Source: Anaerolineae bacterium (GTDB lineage: Bacteria; Chloroflexota; Anaerolineae; 4572-78; J111). Taken from it: a stretch of 64,000 nucleotides of DNA. The first letter of the stretch is position 1. The number at the start of each line of letters is the position of its first letter. The stretch spans positions 14,492 through 78,491 of the forward strand of contig JAFGNV010000181.1 in assembly GCA_016926805.1 (NCBI GenBank). The letters run 5' to 3'. Made by a program: the position numbers and the translations under genes. A model generated the notes under the pieces. It worked only from the letters and a program-made list of their open reading frames with translations, was not told the origin of the DNA and ran no database searches. Shown here piece after piece: positions 50,521 to 59,900 of this stretch.

Positions 50521-53112
50521 TTGCTTTTGCCTGTCGTCTCGGCCCGTGGTATCATTTTGGGCTTGATGACCACAACGTTAGATGTTACCCCGGCCAAAAA
50601 ACATTTTTCTCTTGCCGAGATCGCCCTCAGCCTCGGCCTTTTTCTGCTGGCCCTGCTGCCCCGCGCCTACGATTTGGCTCGTTTTGTGACGGCCGACGAG
50701 GCCAAATGGGTCTATCGTTCGGCCCAATTTTTGGCTGCCTTTTTGCAAGGCGATTTTGCCGCCACCACGGTCAATCTGACCCCGGCCGTAACCACCACCT
50801 GGCTGGGCAGTTTGGGGCTAATTTTCTACCATTTCTTCCACCAGCCCCAACCGGGATTGTCGTTTATCGAATGGCTGCGGTCGCTCCCTGAATTTCGGAC
50901 GGAGTTGGCCGTGCTGGTAGCCACTCGCTGGCCGATGGTGATATTTACCTCGTTGGGGGTGGTGGTTTTTTATGGGTTGGCCCGCCGTTTATTCAGCCGA
51001 TCTCTGGCCTTTACGGCGGCGGCTCTGGTCGCCCTGTGTCCCCATTTTGTGGCCCTGTCCCGTATTCTCGGCCACGACGCGCCGACGGCTGTGTTTATGG
51101 TGATTTCGTTGTTGAGTTTACTGTTGGCGATATCTACAACCGTAAAACCAACAATGAAACGTGAAGACGAAGCCTTGTTGCCCCCTCGCCCCTCTGGTTC
51201 GCTTCTCTGGCTCAGTTTTTCCGGGCTGATGGCCGGTCTGGCATTTCTTTCCAAAGCGCCGGCCCTTTTCCTTATCCCCTTTGTTGTTCTGATTTTTGCT
51301 GGTCGGGTCTGGCAGTGTAGTACCACACTTTATTTTTGGTTCAAACGCTTATTACTGTGGCTGGTTGTGGCTTATCTCACCTTTGTAGTTTTCTGGCCGG
51401 CGGCCTGGGTCGACCCTGTTGGCCGTCCGCTGGCCGTGTTCGAGAACGCCTTTCTCTCCGCCACCGACCAGGAAGAAGCCGAGGATGAAGGCTACTGGCT
51501 GGTGCCCGACCTCGGACCGGCCTACTATCTGGTCAACGGGGGATTCAAACTCAGCCCGCTGGTGCTGGCAGGCGTGGTTTTGGCCGTTTGGTATCTGGGG
51601 CGCTCGATAATCCCGCCCAAAAACAAAAACCGAATCGCTGAACCGGGCGGCAATAATCAAACCGGGACGCCTCCGGCTGTTGACGCATCATCGTTGCTGC
51701 TCTGGTTGTTGGTTTTTGTGGTTCTCTTTGCGTTTTTTTTGACCTTAAGTGACAAACGTAGTTCCCGCTACATTCTCCCGGCTTTTCCTCCTCTGGCCTT
51801 GCTGGCCGCCTTTGGCTGGTTGAGGCTGTGGAATCAAGTGTCAAGTGTCAGGTATCAAGTGTCAGGAGACAAAGATCAGATTTCAAGATCACAGATGAAA
51901 TCTTATTTATCCCACCTCATTTTTCCCTTTTTATTGACTCTTACTGCGCTCATCATCCTGCTCCCCTACGCTCCTTACTACTTCACTTATTTCAACCCGT
52001 TGTTGGGTGGATCTTACGCCGCCCCCAAGTTGGTAAAAATCGGTTGGGGCGAGGGACTCGACCAGGTGGGACGTTTTTTGCAGCGCGAACAGCCCGACAG
52101 CCGGGTGGGGACGGCCTACGCTTCTACGGTGGCTTCGTATTTTAAGGGTGATCTGTCCAGTGTTGACGGCGACCGCCTTGATTACGTGGTGCTCTACCGC
52201 AAACAGGTGCAAGCCGGTGAGCCATCGCCGGCCTTTATCCGTTATTTTGAACATTTTGGCTCGATTTTTTTGGTTAATCAAAATGGTATTCGTTATGCCG
52301 AGGTGTATCCCGGCCCGGCCCTCCAAAAATCTCTCGCCCTGACCCCCGGCCTGGACCACGGCGTTTTGCCCCTGCCCATTGGCTTTCGACCCCTCACCCC
52401 CTACGGTCACCTGGGCGAACCGTTAGCCGTTGATGTGCTCTGGCTGGCCGATGATCCCTTACCCGCTACCCCCTCAACCGTTACTTTGCAGCCTCTGTCG
52501 GTGTTTGACTTTTTGAGTGAACACAACCATCCCAACGGCACTGCCGCTGAACCGCGTGAGATTACGATTTTGGCCGAGGGACAGGGGTGGTTGGCCCAAC
52601 TGGCTGACGATCTGATTGTCAGTCGCCACCAGTTGTCGCTTCCGGCCAGTCTGGAGCGAGGGCAGTATGCCCTATTGGTTGACGGTCGCCCGTTGGGAGA
52701 AATCGAATTACGTAATTTTCAAGTCCCTGCCGAAACGAGCCAGGTTGACGGCGTTGTTTTTGGCGAGCAGATTGCTTTGGCCGGTTATCAATTCAGGCCA
52801 AACGGCGTTGAACACCAGGTCACTATTGCCTGGCGCGCCGAGAAACCGCATTTGCCGGACTATACCGTGTTTGTGCAATTGTTAGATGCCGAAACCAATG
52901 AACGGCTGGCCGGGGTCGATACTCCGCCGCAAAACGGCAAGTGGCCCACCAGCCGGTGGGTCAAAAATGAAGTGGTGGTGGATGTCTATGGGGTGGCCAC
53001 GCCGCCGGAGATGCGGTCTGAATCTTACAGAGTGATTGTTGGCCTCTATCTCCCCGAAACCGGCCAGCGTTTGATTCTGGCTAATGGCCAAGATCATTGG
53101 ACTCTGCCGTGA
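50521..53112 (+). CDS. GT-C fold membrane glycosyltransferase, paralog 4
   Basis: TTG 50521 begins 3 nt after the upstream stop; ATG 50566 is an alternative. First-loop motif RFVTADEAKWVYRS. C-terminal module: IALAGYQF..VTIAWRAEKPHLPDYTVFVQLLDAETNERLAGVDTPPQNGKWPTSRWVKNEVVVDVYG. Confidence 0.75.
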   Translation: MLLPVVSARGIILGLMTTTLDVTPAKKHFSLAEIALSLGLFLLALLPRAYDLARFVTADEAKWVYRSAQFLAAFLQGDFAATTVNLTPAVTTTWLGSLGLIFYHFFHQPQPGLSFIEWLRSLPEFRTELAVLVATRWPMVIFTSLGVVVFYGLARRLFSRSLAFTAAALVALCPHFVALSRILGHDAPTAVFMVISLLSLLLAISTTVKPTMKREDEALLPPRPSGSLLWLSFSGLMAGLAFLSKAPALFLIPFVVLIFAGRVWQCSTTLYFWFKRLLLWLVVAYLTFVVFWPAAWVDPVGRPLAVFENAFLSATDQEEAEDEGYWLVPDLGPAYYLVNGGFKLSPLVLAGVVLAVWYLGRSIIPPKNKNRIAEPGGNNQTGTPPAVDASSLLLWLLVFVVLFAFFLTLSDKRSSRYILPAFPPLALLAAFGWLRLWNQVSSVRYQVSGDKDQISRSQMKSYLSHLIFPFLLTLTALIILLPYAPYYFTYFNPLLGGSYAAPKLVKIGWGEGLDQVGRFLQREQPDSRVGTAYASTVASYFKGDLSSVDGDRLDYVVLYRKQVQAGEPSPAFIRYFEHFGSIFLVNQNGIRYAEVYPGPALQKSLALTPGLDHGVLPLPIGFRPLTPYGHLGEPLAVDVLWLADDPLPATPSTVTLQPLSVFDFLSEHNHPNGTAAEPREITILAEGQGWLAQLADDLIVSRHQLSLPASLERGQYALLVDGRPLGEIELRNFQVPAETSQVDGVVFGEQIALAGYQFRPNGVEHQVTIAWRAEKPHLPDYTVFVQLLDAETNERLAGVDTPPQNGKWPTSRWVKNEVVVDVYGVATPPEMRSESYRVIVGLYLPETGQRLILANGQDHWTLP
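51834..51868 (+). repeat. In-frame heptanucleotide tandem repeat inside paralog 4
   Basis: TCAAGTG TCAAGTG TCAGGTA TCAAGTG TCAGGAG, encoding NQVSSVRYQVSG. A degenerate continuation runs to about 51903. A related TCAAGTCAGGTA sits at the paralog 3 stop (50505-50517). Confidence 0.8.
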
Positions 53113-53125
53113 AAGTTCGTTCACA

Positions 53126-55855
53126 ATGACTAAAACCCCTGACAATACGTCCTACGAAATACGCAATACGCAATACGTCTCACGTTTCACAACCTTTGTC
53201 TCACGCCTGGCGGCGTCAGGCTGGTTTATCTCCGTTTTGCTTTTTCTCCTGGCTTTTATTCCTCGCGTGCTCGACCTGGACCGCTTTCTTACGCCCGACG
53301 AATTTCTGTGGGTGGATCGTTCTCGCAATTTTCTGGCCGGGCTGACCAATCCAAATTACCAGTGCGACACCCGGGTGGAAACGTGGAGATTTGCCCAGGG
53401 GTTGGCCTGTACCCTGCGCACCGGCCATCCCGGCGTTACCACTATGTGGAGCGGCTGCCTGGGGTTCTGGTTGCGCTGGTTAGGTGATGGGCGTCCGGTG
53501 CCGTTGTCCGATTACGTGGTTGCCGTGTCGACCAACCCTCTGGATGTCACGTTTATTGCGCCGGAGCGGTTGGGGGTGGTGCTGTTGACGTCGTTGGGCG
53601 TGGTTGTTTTCTATTGGCTGGCCCGGCGTCTGTTTGGTTCGACCATAGCTTTGATCGGCGCGGTTCTGCTGGCGCTGAATCCCTTCCACATTGCCTATTC
53701 CCGCGTGATTCATCACGATGCGCTCAGCACCACCTTTATGACTCTTTCGGTTTTGTGCGTTTTTGTTTACTGGGGCGAAAGTCAGGGGCGGCGCTGGCTG
53801 GGGTTAGCCGGGGTGTTGGGCGGTTTGGCCTTTCTCAGTAAGTTATCGTCACTCTACCTCATGCCCTTTATCGCGCTCATCGGCCTTTGGTTCTTTGCTG
53901 AAAAATGGCTGTCCCAAAGAAAAGAGGGTCCGCCCGCCGAACCGCAGCCGTCCCTGGTTTCTAAGTTCTTAATTCTCATCTTTGATGGGTTGCTCTGGTT
54001 TGCCCTGGCCATCCTCACCGTTGTTGGATTTTGGCCGGCCATGTGGGTAGTGCCGCTGGAAACCTTGCAAACCGTATTGGCGTTGGGGTTTCAATACAGC
54101 ACCGGCCCCCATGCCAAAGGCGTCTTCTTTTTGGGGCAAAGCGTGGCCGATCCCGGCCCGCTTTTTTATCCCGTAACCTGGCTTTACCACACCTCGCCAC
54201 TGGTGATGCTGGGGCTGATCGGGGGGGTGGTGGTTTGGTTTCTAAATAAACGCCGTAGTCAACCCCGCTTGCCTGTTTCATCGGAGTATCAGATACCACC
54301 AACTTCATCATCAGCACAACCCAAAGGACAAACTGGGGCCTCAGCCCTCCTCCTTCAGCCTTCGTCCCTTCGGCTTCACTCAGGGCAAGCCCTCAGTCGC
54401 TACCTGCCGCTCATCCTGCTCTTTATTTTTGGCTACTATTTTTTGATGACCGTTGGCGAGAAGAAACAGGAGCGTTACTTCCTGCCGGTCTACCCCTGGA
54501 TCGATCTGCTGGCCGCCGCCGGATTGGTGGCGCTGGTTGATTATGGTGTAACCCGCTTCGCCCTCCGGGTGCGAGGTTATGCTCAGCCCGCAATCGCCTT
54601 CCTTCTGCCGGTCATATTACTCATCAATAGTTTCCTGGTTGCCGTTAACTACCCCTATTATTTTACCTACTACAATCCCCTGTTGGGCGGCATCAACAGC
54701 GCGGCAAAGGCGATTACCATCGGCTGGGGCGAGGGCCTGAATCTGGCCGCCGAGTATCTCAATGAAGAAATCGACCCTTCTCAGCACCGGGTGGCCAGTT
54801 GGTACGAGTCGACTTTTGCCCCCTTCTATCGTGGCCCGTCCATTAGTTATGCCAAAGAAAAGGGCAAGGCTCTGGCGGGCGATTACGTGGTGTTCTACAT
54901 TAATCAAACCCAGCGCCAGTATCCCGATGAGATTATGTTTGATTATTTTGAGAGTCGCTTTGAGCCGGTAAAAGTTGTAACTTTGCGGGGGCTGGATTAC
55001 GCCTGGGTGTATCCCAGTTTGGGCATCGACCATTACCTTGAAGACCAAGCTTATACCGGCATTACTTCGCTGCTGGCCTGGCAGTGGGTTGAAGGTGATG
55101 ATGTCGTTCTTATTCCCGGCCAGTCCGCCGATTTTGAGCTTTATTGGGAATACCTGGGCAAAGAAGTGGACGAGCCTTTTTTCTTCCGGTTAGTTGACGC
55201 TCATAACCGCGTCTGGGCCGAAGGTTTGAGCCGGCCCGTTGCCGGTGAGAATTCGCCGCTGGCCCAATGGCGCGAAGGCGAGATCATCTACGAGCGCGGC
55301 ACGCTCAGCCTGCCTGCCGACATCCCGCCCGGACAATATCACCTGCAAATTGGGTTCTATACCAAAGCCCCGGCCGTAGCTGAGGGTGAACTTCTGTTTG
55401 CTGTGCCTGATGATGAGGCTGTGGTTACTGTCGGCCACGCTGAGAATTTTGCTTATACCTTACCCCCCCCTGCTACCTCCATTCAACAGTCGTTGGGCAG
55501 TACCCTTACCTTGCTGGGAGCGACCTGGCCCACCGAACCAATTACTCCCGGCGCAACCATCCCGCTTGATCTTTATTGGCGCGTTGCGCAGCCCCTCCCC
55601 GCCGATTTCAAAGTTCACCTTGGTTTAATGGACGAGGGGGGTGATGCGCAGCAAGCCTGGTTCGACCTGTCTCTGGCCGAGGTCTTTAACCCTGTGGCAA
55701 CTACCTGGCAACCCGGTGATATTATCCACACCCGCTGGCAACTGGAGTTATTGCCGGAAGCGCCACCCGGCCGGTATTATTTTGAAGTAGTGATGCGAGA
55801 CGATATTGAGCAAACCATCTCTTTTGGCGAAGTGACCATTAAGGATGGGGAGTAA
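53126..55855 (+). CDS. GT-C fold membrane glycosyltransferase, paralog 5 (two C-terminal modules)
   Basis: Trimmed to ATG 53126, 14 nt after the upstream stop. First-loop motif RFLTPDEFLWVDRS. Two C-terminal modules: ADFELYWEYLGKEVDEPFFFRLVDAHNRVWAEGLSRPVAGENSPLAQWREGEIIYERGTLSLPADIPPGQYHLQIGFY and IPLDLYWRVAQPLPADFKVHLGLMDEGGDAQQAWFDLSLAEVFNPVATTWQPGDIIHTRWQLELLPEAPPGRYYFEVVM. Confidence 0.75.
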   Translation: MTKTPDNTSYEIRNTQYVSRFTTFVSRLAASGWFISVLLFLLAFIPRVLDLDRFLTPDEFLWVDRSRNFLAGLTNPNYQCDTRVETWRFAQGLACTLRTGHPGVTTMWSGCLGFWLRWLGDGRPVPLSDYVVAVSTNPLDVTFIAPERLGVVLLTSLGVVVFYWLARRLFGSTIALIGAVLLALNPFHIAYSRVIHHDALSTTFMTLSVLCVFVYWGESQGRRWLGLAGVLGGLAFLSKLSSLYLMPFIALIGLWFFAEKWLSQRKEGPPAEPQPSLVSKFLILIFDGLLWFALAILTVVGFWPAMWVVPLETLQTVLALGFQYSTGPHAKGVFFLGQSVADPGPLFYPVTWLYHTSPLVMLGLIGGVVVWFLNKRRSQPRLPVSSEYQIPPTSSSAQPKGQTGASALLLQPSSLRLHSGQALSRYLPLILLFIFGYYFLMTVGEKKQERYFLPVYPWIDLLAAAGLVALVDYGVTRFALRVRGYAQPAIAFLLPVILLINSFLVAVNYPYYFTYYNPLLGGINSAAKAITIGWGEGLNLAAEYLNEEIDPSQHRVASWYESTFAPFYRGPSISYAKEKGKALAGDYVVFYINQTQRQYPDEIMFDYFESRFEPVKVVTLRGLDYAWVYPSLGIDHYLEDQAYTGITSLLAWQWVEGDDVVLIPGQSADFELYWEYLGKEVDEPFFFRLVDAHNRVWAEGLSRPVAGENSPLAQWREGEIIYERGTLSLPADIPPGQYHLQIGFYTKAPAVAEGELLFAVPDDEAVVTVGHAENFAYTLPPPATSIQQSLGSTLTLLGATWPTEPITPGATIPLDLYWRVAQPLPADFKVHLGLMDEGGDAQQAWFDLSLAEVFNPVATTWQPGDIIHTRWQLELLPEAPPGRYYFEVVMRDDIEQTISFGEVTIKDGE
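53143..53184 (+). repeat. In-frame heptanucleotide tandem repeat at the 5' end of paralog 5
   Basis: CAATACG TCCTACG AAATACG CAATACG CAATACG TCTCACG, with TCTCACG again at 53199. Encodes NTSYEIRNTQYVSR. Confidence 0.8.
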
Positions 55856-55882
55856 CAAGAAACTGGGCGGGGTTGTCTGGTT

Positions 55883-56734
55883 TTAATCGGATTCTTTCAG
55901 CGTCATCCCCGACTTATCGGGGTCGATTCTCTGAGGCAACTTTGTCTGGGTATCATATTTGGCGTAACGCAGCCTGGCGTCGTACATTTTGGCCCAGCGC
56001 AGGTCGGTGCCACGCAAATCAGCGCCCTGTAAATCGGCCTCATACAATTTGGCGTACCGCAAGTCTGCACCTCTCAAATTGGCCTGTCTTAGCTTGGCTT
56101 CGGTCAGATTGGCCTTGCTCAGATCAGCCTGGCTCAGAATGGCTCTCTCCAGCAGAGCTGCCGATAAGATCGCCTCGCTCAAGTTGGCGTTGGCCAGATT
56201 GGCCTCACGTAAATCAATCTCGGTCAGGTTGGCTTCGGTCAAAGTGGCTTCGGCCAAAATTGCGCCGATGGCCCTGGCTTTGGCCAGCCGGGCGTGGTGT
56301 AGATTTGCCCCCCGGAAGTTGGTTCCCCGCAGGTCGGCGTTTTCCAACTCCAGCCAACTCAACTCGGCCTGGCTCAGATTAGCCTTGCGCAAATTGGCCT
56401 CCTTTAAATCTTCGTGTTCCAGCTCCCTATGGCTCAAATCAAAGCGGGCCAGGCTGGCCTTGCGACCATCTTCGACCCAGTGCAAGGCAATTTGATAATA
56501 TTGCTCCCGTAGAGGTAGTTGCTCAAAGGCGACAGGTAGGCTATCAGCCCCGGCCAGAGATTTTAGTTCATTTTGCAGTTTTTCAAGTTCGGTGGCGGTA
56601 TCTTCTATTTCCAGGATAAGGCTGGGATGGGCTGCATCTCCTTGTCGTGCCTTTTTCAATTTAAGCTCCTGCAAGAGCCGTTGTTTCATTTGAATTAAAT
56701 TTTGCAGGTTTTCTTTGTCTGGCATTTTCATCAC
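55883..56734 (-). CDS. Pentapeptide repeat protein with N-terminal coiled-coil (283 aa)
   Basis: N-terminal heptad-like segment LQNLIQMKQRLLQELKLKKARQ..ELEKLQNELKSL, then about 30 A(D/N)L.. pentads. Convergent with paralog 5. Confidence 0.85.
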   Translation of the reverse strand: MMKMPDKENLQNLIQMKQRLLQELKLKKARQGDAAHPSLILEIEDTATELEKLQNELKSLAGADSLPVAFEQLPLREQYYQIALHWVEDGRKASLARFDLSHRELEHEDLKEANLRKANLSQAELSWLELENADLRGTNFRGANLHHARLAKARAIGAILAEATLTEANLTEIDLREANLANANLSEAILSAALLERAILSQADLSKANLTEAKLRQANLRGADLRYAKLYEADLQGADLRGTDLRWAKMYDARLRYAKYDTQTKLPQRIDPDKSGMTLKESD

Positions 56735-56865
56735 CGTGTTCGAAACCGCCCCTTAAACTCTACCCATTGTATCATACCTCTAGCCTGGTGACAATCAATC
56801 TTTTTTATGTAATTGCTCATGCTTCGCCTCGCGCCAGATACGTTTGAGGATATCATCAGGCCAGA

Positions 56866-56894
56866 TTGACAAGGCCACAACCCATAGGTACACT
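56866..56894 (+). promoter_or_regulatory. Sigma70-type promoter candidate
   Basis: TTGACA (56866-56871), 17-nt spacer, TACACT (56889-56894), 44 nt upstream of ATG 56938. Confidence 0.45.
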
Positions 56895-56937
56895 TAAATT
56901 GAATTCTTTGGTGGGGCGGGTGATGGCTACTTAAAAA

Positions 56938-59900
56938 ATGGACACTCGACAAACTGCTTCCTTATCTTGGTTGCCCCTTTTATCTCGCCTGGTCCGGTTC
57001 CTGCCGGCTGATTTATGCCATCGGCTGGATAAGTTGCCGGAGGATTTTAATTGCGTTGACGACGAAGAAACACGGCGCCAGATTGCGGCCGAGTTACTGA
57101 CCGCCGTCCGCGCCCTCGACCCGCTATATCGGGTGTTGGTCCATTATATGCCCCATTACCAGCTTGAGCTTGATCCCACTCCGGGCCAGCCTCACGGCGA
57201 ACTGTTAGCAGGCACGTTTCTTTTTGCCGATGTTACCGGTTTCACCGCGCTGACCGAGTTACTCTCCAAACAGGGCCATACCCGTGGCCGCGAAATCATG
57301 AACCAGATCATGAATCGCCTCTTTGCCAGCGTGCTCGATCCTTTGACCGCATCGGGGGGCGATCTCCTGATTTTTGCCGGTGATGCAGTGCTGGCCTATT
57401 TTCCCAAACAAGAAAATGACAACGACGTGTTTCAAGCCACGCGAGCGGCTTTGCGTATGGAACGGGCCGTAGCGCCCTTTGCTGCGTTCGAAACCGAATA
57501 CGGCTCGTGTAGCCTGACTATCAGCGTTGGGGTTGAACGGGGCCTGGCCTATGCCGGTTTTGTGGGGACAAAACGGCGGATGGAATTGCTGGTCAGCGGC
57601 CCGGCCACCTTTGGCGCTACCGACGCTGAAGAGGCGGGCCAACCCGGTCAGGTTGTTTTGGGGCCTCAAGCTCAGGCGATAGCTAAAAATCATTTCACCC
57701 TGGCCGGTAACGTGGTGATTGATGATCTGGGTGAAGCATTGGGGGATTACGAAATTTCGCCACCCAGCCGCCGGTCGGGTGGCTCGGTGGTGTTGGGATT
57801 GGAAATTGATGAGGTTCTATCGGCCCTGGCAACGAATCTTGAGCGAGTCGAGCGACTGTCCCCCTTTTTGCCCGAAGACATGCTGGCCCGGCTGGTCAAC
57901 AGCACCGATCGTCACCGCCGGCTCGAGGCCGAATTTCGCCCGGCTGCGGTGCAGTTTATTTACGTGGCGGGCCTGGAAGCTCTGGCTATGCAACGGGGCG
58001 CGGCATTGGCCACGGCCGTTTTTCAACGCTATTTTGAACAAGCCCAGGAAATCATCAACCGGCACGAGGGCGTTATCAGCCAGGTTGATACCTATGGGCA
58101 CGGTTTCATCCTGCTCAATACCTTTGGCGCGCCCCGCGCCCATGAGGGCACCAAACAATATGCTGTGTCGGCGGCCCTGCACCTGGAACGGATGCTCGAG
58201 CAGGTCAACCGCGAGTTTGGCCTGGACCCGCCGCTGCAGCAGAAAGGCGGTATCACTCACGGCCTTATCTTTACTGGCGAAATTGGCGCTACCTATCGCC
58301 GTGAGTCGGTAATTGCCGGACCGGCAGTCAATCGGGCGGCCCGGTTGATGGGTAAGGCCGACTATGGCCAGGTGATTTTGGATGCCGATATTTGGACCGA
58401 AGTTCAGGCTGCTTTTGTTGGAGAACAACTGCCCGCCGTGACCCTCAAGGGTATCGATGGCCCGGTGGTGATTATCAACGTCCGGGAAATGCGGCGGGGC
58501 GCGCGCCTGCCTCCGCCGGAGCGGCCGTTGCTGGGCCGCCACCTTGAACTGGCGCGTTTGTCTGAAGCCCTCGACCGGCTGCAAACGGTGATGCCAGGGC
58601 GAGGCAGTCTTTGGATGATTACCGGCCAAACCGGCATCGGCAAAACCGCGCTGGTATCCCAGTTGGCGACGACGGCCCGGCAACGGGGGTTGACCGTGCT
58701 GGTCGGTTGCTGCCAGCCTCACGGCAAACACATCCCCCTCTTCCCCTGGCTCGATGTGCTGGCAGGGTGGCTTAATCTTGATGAACGCGCCAATCCGGGC
58801 CAACAACGCGCGCGTTTGTCCAACGAGTTGGTCGCGCTGGATATGTCGGACACAGAACATGCGCTGGCCGATTTGTTGGCCTTGCCTGCGGTAGAATCGT
58901 CCCAAAAAGCCGATGCCAGGCCGGCGACCGGAACTTCGCTGTTTGCCGCCCTGGATCATCGGGTACAACACGAGCAGACACCCATGCCTCAAACAGGTGG
59001 TTTGGGTACGTTGCTCCAGAATCGACTTGCAAACAGCAAGGGCGATGCCCCTCTTGGGGAACATTCCGTCTGGCAGCGCTTGGAAGAGCGGGTGAGTGGC
59101 CCGCGGATTATCCTCAAACTATTAGCCAAACTTGCCGAACGTGAGTCGTCGGTGCTGATTTTGGAAGATGCGCATTGGCTCGATAGTGAGTCGTTAGCTC
59201 TGTGTCGCAAATTGTTGGCTCAGGTTGGTCAATTGCCCTTGATGGTTGTTCTTACGGGGCGCGAGGCTATGGTTGATGCTGAACCGGCTGCTTTGTTGTC
59301 GCTCGATCCCTTGCCGGATGCCGCTCTGGCCGAGGTTGCGGCGCGGGTATTGGGTGGCTCCTCGTTGGACGATGCCCTGGCCGGGTGGCTTTGTCATCAG
59401 GCGGGGGGTAATCCCCTGTATGCCGAAACATTGGGTCGGGCGTTACAGCAGGCAGATGCAGTTTTGTTGGATCGGGATACGGGCGAAGTACGCTGGACCG
59501 GACTGGCGCCGGCGTTGCCGGTATCGTTACACGAATTACTACTGGCCCGGCTGGAAGAGTTACCTCTGGCCCAACAGGACGTGCTCAAACGGGCGGCAGT
59601 GATCGGCGGATCATTTGAATACGATACTCTGGTAAACCTGGTTCAGCCACAACTGGGTGAGGTGGAAGTGTCAGCGGCCCTGACCGAGGCCGTGGAAGTT
59701 TCGTTCTTGGTCCGGCTTGACGACACCACCTATCGTTTTAGTCATTCCTTGATGCAGGAAACTATTTACGAAACACTTTCCCATGCCCAACGACAACACT
59801 GGCACACTCAAATTGGCGACTGGCTGGCCAGGCGGGAGCCGGAGGCCTCTTTGGAGCTCATTGCCTATCACTACTTGCGGGGCGACGATGCAACCAAAGC

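Noticed and set aside
42063-56734. Whether the two flanking pentapeptide genes are terminal inverted repeats of a mobile island carrying the GT array
   Set aside because: The similarity is only the generic A(D/N)L.. pentad pattern. The proteins differ in length and sequence. I saw no transposase, integrase, tRNA or direct repeats at the borders.
57817-59064. 415-aa antisense ORF inside the cyclase-STAND gene
   Set aside because: The sense frame has clear CHD and Walker motifs. The antisense product is R/G/Q-rich with no motifs.
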